A stretch of DNA of 27,953 nt, taken from the IMG/VR virus record IMGVR_UViG_3300035694_000088; one strand, 5' to 3'. A program made the position numbers and the translations under genes. Below the pieces are notes generated by a model. It was not told the DNA's origin and made no database searches. It saw nothing but the letters and a program-made list of their open reading frames with translations. Positions 23,573 through 27,953 of this stretch are shown here, in pieces (within the stretch, counting starts at the first letter, position 1; each line of letters begins with the position of its first letter). The DNA comes from a virus.

Positions 23573-25525
23573 TCAGAACCCCTCCAGCCCCGCCAACGCC
23601 AACGCCGCCGCCTGCCCGTCGAGTTCACGCTCCGGCGCGGGGCGCGGCGGCTGGGTAGCGTTCATCAGCCAGTCCGGCAGCGCAATCGGCTCACCCTGGA
23701 CCTGACCGTCCGGGACTTCCATCTCCGGCAGGTCGGCGACGTCGCGCTCAGCGGTGTCACGGAGGTAAGCGTTGGTGCACGACTCGATGACGTTCTCTTT
23801 CCGCGCCAGTGCGGCGTAGATGTCAGCGTCCACCGTGTTGTTGGCGACCAGGTAGACGTTCAACACTTGGCGCGTCTGCCCAGGACGGTGACACCGCTTC
23901 TGCGCCTGCAAAAAGATCCAGAGCTCATACCCGACCGAGTAGAAAACCACGACCCGGGACCGCGTGAAGTCAACGCCGATCCCACCAGAATGGATCTGCG
24001 CCCCCAGCACGTCACACTCCGGGTGCATCTTCGCGTCCTCGTCCAAGCCGTCCTTGCGAGACCCCGACACCTCCCGGTAGCGCAGCCCCGCTCGACCACA
24101 CAACTCCGCGATCGCCACCAGATCCGCCCGGAACCGACAGAACACCACCACCGGCTCTGGACGTGACCGGCCGTCGTGCCCACCGGGGCGACATCCGGCC
24201 TCGTGCAGCACTTCACCCAGCGCGGTCACCTTTGCCGTCGACACCACCGCTGCGTTGCCCTCGTCGTCGACCACGCTGCCCCCGGTGACCTGGGCGAACC
24301 GCAGCAGTTCCACGCCCGCGTTCGCGGGGGCCACTGTGCGCTCATCGCCGGTCGGGGTTGGATTGCCACCGGCAGCCACCACGGCGGCAGTGATCTCCGC
24401 CAGTCCGTCGTCCCGGATTGAGTCATAGACCTTGCGCGCCGTCGGCTCCAGGTCAAAGCCACGAATCGTGTGCGTCACCGGAGGCAACTTGAGATCAACT
24501 ACTGGTATAAACGAAATGGAATGAAACCGTTGTGAAAACTCCACCTTGCGGTCAGCGTGCACATCCTTAGGGAATGCCTTGCCGTCCCGCGTCTCACCCA
24601 TCACGATAAACTTCGCCTGGAAAAGCGAATGATTGGTACCGAAAACGGACGGGTCGAGAGCTCTAAAAGAGCCATACACGTCCCAAGGACCCTGCGGAAT
24701 TAATGTTCCACTGAGCCCGTACCGGCGCGCCACCTGACCAACCCAGCTCTTGGCAGTCCAACTAGCGCCACCACCTGGAGCTTTCAGTCGATGCAGCTCA
24801 TCGTAGGTCGTGCATTCGACTTTAAGGGCGCTCAGATCAGCGGAGGCGACCGGGTCCCGCGTCATCGCCTCATACCCGATGATCCCCAAATGCGGCCGAC
24901 CGCACCCGCACACCATCAGATCCTCAATCAGCTTCCAGCGATCAGCCAGTGACAATTTCTTAACTGATCCAGTGCGGGTGCGGCGCGTCCCGTTCTCCAC
25001 GTGCCAGCGCCGCGTCGAATGCAACCGCAGCTCGCGGGGCATCACCCCGAACGTCGCCACCGGCGCCGCGACCAGCACCCGCGACAGCTCCAGCGCGTTC
25101 CATGCTCCGATCGCAATCATCGACTTCCCGCACCCCATACCAGCGCCCACCGCCGCTGCCGTGGAACCCATCAGGTAGTGAATGCCACGCTTCTGGTGCG
25201 GCCACGGTTCTGTCGTCAGCCACTGACCCCACGGCAGCTCCGGCAACGGTGCCGACTCATCAGCCGCCGCCAAGCGCCGCGCTTCCCGCGTCTGACCCTC
25301 CTGGGCCAACGCGAGCACACGCGGCGACACCGACGCGCCAGCGTCCGCCAGGATCGTCAACAACGCCGCCGCGCTACCCGCCGTACCCGGTAGCACCCAC
25401 GCCGAATGGCGCCCATTCCACCGCGCCCCAGCGAGATCCTTGATCGCCTCATGCCACGGGTAAACGTTCGTCGCCGCCAAGCGGCCCCGCCCGTCAATCC
25501 CCACCTGCGGTAAAGCCACCATCAC
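23573..25525 (-). CDS. SNF2-like (SF2) helicase/ATPase
   Basis: PWPHQ, MGCGKS, YDELHRLK, LSGTLI, VVFCRF, GGIGVDF and QAQKRCHRPGQ motifs. HARP-like N-terminus (GARWN...AW). Confidence 0.88.
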   Translation of the reverse strand: MMVALPQVGIDGRGRLAATNVYPWHEAIKDLAGARWNGRHSAWVLPGTAGSAAALLTILADAGASVSPRVLALAQEGQTREARRLAAADESAPLPELPWGQWLTTEPWPHQKRGIHYLMGSTAAAVGAGMGCGKSMIAIGAWNALELSRVLVAAPVATFGVMPRELRLHSTRRWHVENGTRRTRTGSVKKLSLADRWKLIEDLMVCGCGRPHLGIIGYEAMTRDPVASADLSALKVECTTYDELHRLKAPGGGASWTAKSWVGQVARRYGLSGTLIPQGPWDVYGSFRALDPSVFGTNHSLFQAKFIVMGETRDGKAFPKDVHADRKVEFSQRFHSISFIPVVDLKLPPVTHTIRGFDLEPTARKVYDSIRDDGLAEITAAVVAAGGNPTPTGDERTVAPANAGVELLRFAQVTGGSVVDDEGNAAVVSTAKVTALGEVLHEAGCRPGGHDGRSRPEPVVVFCRFRADLVAIAELCGRAGLRYREVSGSRKDGLDEDAKMHPECDVLGAQIHSGGIGVDFTRSRVVVFYSVGYELWIFLQAQKRCHRPGQTRQVLNVYLVANNTVDADIYAALARKENVIESCTNAYLRDTAERDVADLPEMEVPDGQVQGEPIALPDWLMNATQPPRPAPERELDGQAAALALAGLEGF

Positions 25526-25800
25526 AAGCCCCCCACCCGAAACTCCGCCTCCCGCTGAAGCGCCAGCAGATCGTCACGCAACAGCCGAGCCAACGTCCCA
25601 CGCACCAGCGCGGCCACCTCAACGTTGCCGTAAGACTCCGACTGGGCATATGACACAAGCGCCTCCAGCGTGACCCGCATCGCCTCCACGGCGTGAAACA
25701 ACATCGGATCCGTCACCAGTTGTCGAGCGAAAGCGGGCTCCGTCTCCAGCCGCTCCCGGATCAAACGACGCACCAGTTGATAATCAGCGGAAGGGCTCAC
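25522..25800 (-). CDS. Hypothetical helical protein
   Basis: GTGA coupling at both ends. Confidence 0.65.
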   Translation of the reverse strand: MSPSADYQLVRRLIRERLETEPAFARQLVTDPMLFHAVEAMRVTLEALVSYAQSESYGNVEVAALVRGTLARLLRDDLLALQREAEFRVGGL

Positions 25801-26036
25801 TGCGCGTCCCGCAACTCCGCCAGCTCCGCCCGGACCGCCTCCAGTCGGGCATCAAGCACCGACCGCACCGCCTGAACCACCGCCGCCGTGTAATGGTCAC
25901 GAATATCGGTCGACGCCTGCGCTGCCAACGCCCCATATTCGCGCCGAGACCGAACCGCCCCCGCCACCTCCGGATCACTGTCCAGGTAGGCCCGCGCGAT
26001 CGCCACCCGCCGCGCCTGCTCCACCTCGCCGCTCAC
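25797..26036 (-). CDS. Hypothetical helical protein
   Basis: Start reassigned to GTG 26036 (MSGEVEQARR), GTGA-coupled to the 30-aa ORF. Confidence 0.6.
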   Translation of the reverse strand: MSGEVEQARRVAIARAYLDSDPEVAGAVRSRREYGALAAQASTDIRDHYTAAVVQAVRSVLDARLEAVRAELAELRDAQ

Positions 26037-26125
26037 CGCCGACCCCCGAACCTCGGCGACGAACACCACATCACCACCGCCGTCGCAGCCACCGACACCA
26101 CCACCTGCACCACCCCCGCGCTCAC
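26033..26125 (-). CDS. 30-aa putative single-pass membrane peptide (absent from the ORF track)
   Basis: MSAGVVQVVVSVAATAVVMWCSSPRFGGRR*, with exact GTGA overlaps at both ends. Confidence 0.6.
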   Translation of the reverse strand: MSAGVVQVVVSVAATAVVMWCSSPRFGGRR

Positions 26126-26568
26126 TTGCCCTCCACCAACCCCACATAAATCCGCAACGCCATATGATATTTGACGTCCACCCCATCACCCTCCCGCAAC
26201 AATGTCATCAAATACGCCACCAAATCAGCGGCCTCCTCCGTCGCGTCCCGGCGCGTATCCCTACCATTATTTGGCCGCAAAGGTTGGCCGTAACGCTCCA
26301 AACCAAGCCGCGCCCGAGCCGCCATCAACTCCCGCGACGCCGCCGAATCGGGAAACCACCGCGCCAAATCGGCGATCACCAACTCGTGCGAACTCGGCAC
26401 CCCCGGCACCTCACGCGGCAACGGCTGATCCCCCAGCCGCAACCGCAGCGACGGCTCCGAGTCCACATCCAAGGTCACCGCGATCGCATCAGCGGACACC
26501 TCCCCGAAAAACCGCTCCGCCGCCTCGTAATCCTCCGGTCCCACAAAGTCGCGGATCTGATCACTCAC
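26122..26568 (-). CDS. Putative all-alpha NTP pyrophosphohydrolase-like phage protein
   Basis: R...G.ERYG..L...NGRD...DA.EEAADL..YL motif. Confidence 0.6.
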   Translation of the reverse strand: MSDQIRDFVGPEDYEAAERFFGEVSADAIAVTLDVDSEPSLRLRLGDQPLPREVPGVPSSHELVIADLARWFPDSAASRELMAARARLGLERYGQPLRPNNGRDTRRDATEEAADLVAYLMTLLREGDGVDVKYHMALRIYVGLVEGK

Positions 26569-26779
26569 CAGGCCACCTCCCCATGCTCAACCACTCCAAA
26601 CAGCCCGGCACGTGATGTGACTTCTCATGCCACCAATTCGTGTTACCCACATCAACATCACCAGAAGGCGGGCTGCACGACCAATACAGGTCACCGGGCT
26701 CAATGAACCCAGTACACCGGCCACACACGTGGCGACGCCGCGCAACCCGCCCCCGATGAATCGTCATCCCGGCAGGCAC
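26561..26779 (-). CDS. Small Zn-binding hypothetical protein
   Basis: ARRRHVCGRCTGFIEPGDLY...H...C, similar to the N-terminus of 14127-14624. Confidence 0.6.
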   Translation of the reverse strand: MPAGMTIHRGRVARRRHVCGRCTGFIEPGDLYWSCSPPSGDVDVGNTNWWHEKSHHVPGCLEWLSMGRWPGE

Positions 26780-26785
26780 CCCATC

Positions 26786-27952
26786 TCAGTTCGAGTACTC
26801 GTCGACATCCGTGCCCTTCAACACCGTGGCCTCCACGAAACTCGCGACCTGCCCCGTGCTCCACTCCCCACTGTCGTGCATATTCGAGATGAACCAGAGG
26901 AACTTGGGCCCATACGCCCGGAACAGCAACTCCGCATCCCGGTGATACCACCGCTTAAAACCGGCGATCATCCGCGACCGGGCCGCCACGAACCAACGAT
27001 CCGAATCAAACTCGTCCCACAGAAAGCCCACCGCACAAAACCTGCACCGATCCGTATCGTCAGCCATCCACGACCCGTACACCACATCCTTAGGACCCGC
27101 CGCCCGCAACCGATCGATCCACCGCTGAGTCAACGAATCCAGCAACACCAAATAATCCAACGGAATATCCGACGACTGCCCAAGTCCGCCCTTCTCACGC
27201 GGGCGAACCAAATCCCTCAACCGACCCACCGCACCACCACTGCGGCGACCATTCGCCAGCGCCGCCAACTGCGCCGTCGGCGACAACGGACCGAACAAAA
27301 ACGTCGACACCCGGCCCTGCACCCGCTCACCATGCGCATTCACCGACACCGAACCCGCACCCAACACCCGAGCCGACACACCAGACCGGCGCGGCACCGA
27401 ACCCACCGCCGCAGCCGCACCACGGGCGGCCGAACCCAACACCAACGACGCCAACACGCCCCGATGCGGCACCACCATCGGAATCCCCAACCCGTCAACC
27501 ATCCGACGACCCGAAACCCGAGACCACACCGCCGACACCACACCCGCCCGTGCAGTCGGTGACGCTGCGGCCTCCGTACGACGCGCCACCACCCGAGCCC
27601 GCCACGACAACGTTGACACGTCGCGCCCACCGGCCGGATCGACCACCGGCGACGCCGAACCCAACGCCCAATCCACCACCGACGACCCCGGCGACGACAC
27701 AGTCACATCCCGCACCGTCCGACCACCGCGCCACCGCGACCGGCGCACCGGCACCGCGACCGGCGCGACCCCAGGCGTCACCCGAACCCGGCCGCGACCC
27801 GTCGCCCTACCCAACAAACGCGGAATCGGGCCAGCCACCGTCGCGACACTCGACACCACACCGCTCAACAATCCCGCCGAGGCCGAGCCCACACCCGGCA
27901 ACGACACCCCGCCCGCCCGTGCGCCCCCCCGGCCGCGCGCGCACAGCAACAC
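26786..27952 (-). CDS. Hypothetical protein, 5'-partial: low-complexity G/V/S/R/A N-terminal part and globular C-terminal domain
   Basis: Frame is open to the window edge with G/C-rich third positions. The C-terminal WIDRLR...FCAVGFL...MHD...VA.FVE resembles a common small phage domain. Confidence 0.55.
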   Translation of the reverse strand: MLLCARGRGGARAGGVSLPGVGSASAGLLSGVVSSVATVAGPIPRLLGRATGRGRVRVTPGVAPVAVPVRRSRWRGGRTVRDVTVSSPGSSVVDWALGSASPVVDPAGGRDVSTLSWRARVVARRTEAAASPTARAGVVSAVWSRVSGRRMVDGLGIPMVVPHRGVLASLVLGSAARGAAAAVGSVPRRSGVSARVLGAGSVSVNAHGERVQGRVSTFLFGPLSPTAQLAALANGRRSGGAVGRLRDLVRPREKGGLGQSSDIPLDYLVLLDSLTQRWIDRLRAAGPKDVVYGSWMADDTDRCRFCAVGFLWDEFDSDRWFVAARSRMIAGFKRWYHRDAELLFRAYGPKFLWFISNMHDSGEWSTGQVASFVEATVLKGTDVDEYSN

Positions 27953-27953
27953 C

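Noticed and set aside
24128-24152. GGTGG-TGGTGT-N7-GTTCCGG near-match
   Set aside because: It lacks the invariant TA and lies within the SNF2 VVVFCRFR coding motif with no downstream start.
27732-27766. 15-bp direct repeat CACCGCGACCGGCGC, two copies 20 bp apart
   Set aside because: Only two copies in low-complexity GC-rich coding DNA, which is not enough for iterons or an array.

Overview
High-GC, actinobacteriophage-like (phage or prophage) segment. It is almost entirely one minus-strand, translationally coupled gene run (many GTGA/TGATG overlaps). In transcription order (right to left) it carries: small accessory genes, a SNF2-like helicase, a DEDDh exonuclease, a coiled-coil gene plus a putative Zn-binding ssDNA-binding gene, a RepB'-type (AEP) primase, an Fe-S PD-(D/E)XK nuclease, a MazG-like protein, a DUF3307-like membrane protein, two adjacent UvrD-like SF1 helicases, a VRR-NUC nuclease, an inverted free-standing NUMOD4-HNH endonuclease, a large terminase, an HExxE protein and a tandem-HTH protein. 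Three inteins are present. The terminase Walker A holds an Ala-starting class 3 LAGLIDADG intein with an internal HTH. Two mutually related inteins with a GIY-YIG-like (non-LAGLIDADG) core sit in different motifs of the two neighbouring helicases. Five intergenic copies of a motif (consensus GTGTGG-TANNNT-N7-GTTCCGG) look like a phage-specific extended -10 promoter class with a fixed 5' leader. No rRNA, tRNA, CRISPR array, integrase, portal or DNA polymerase was seen. All calls come from motif reading by eye, with no database searches.
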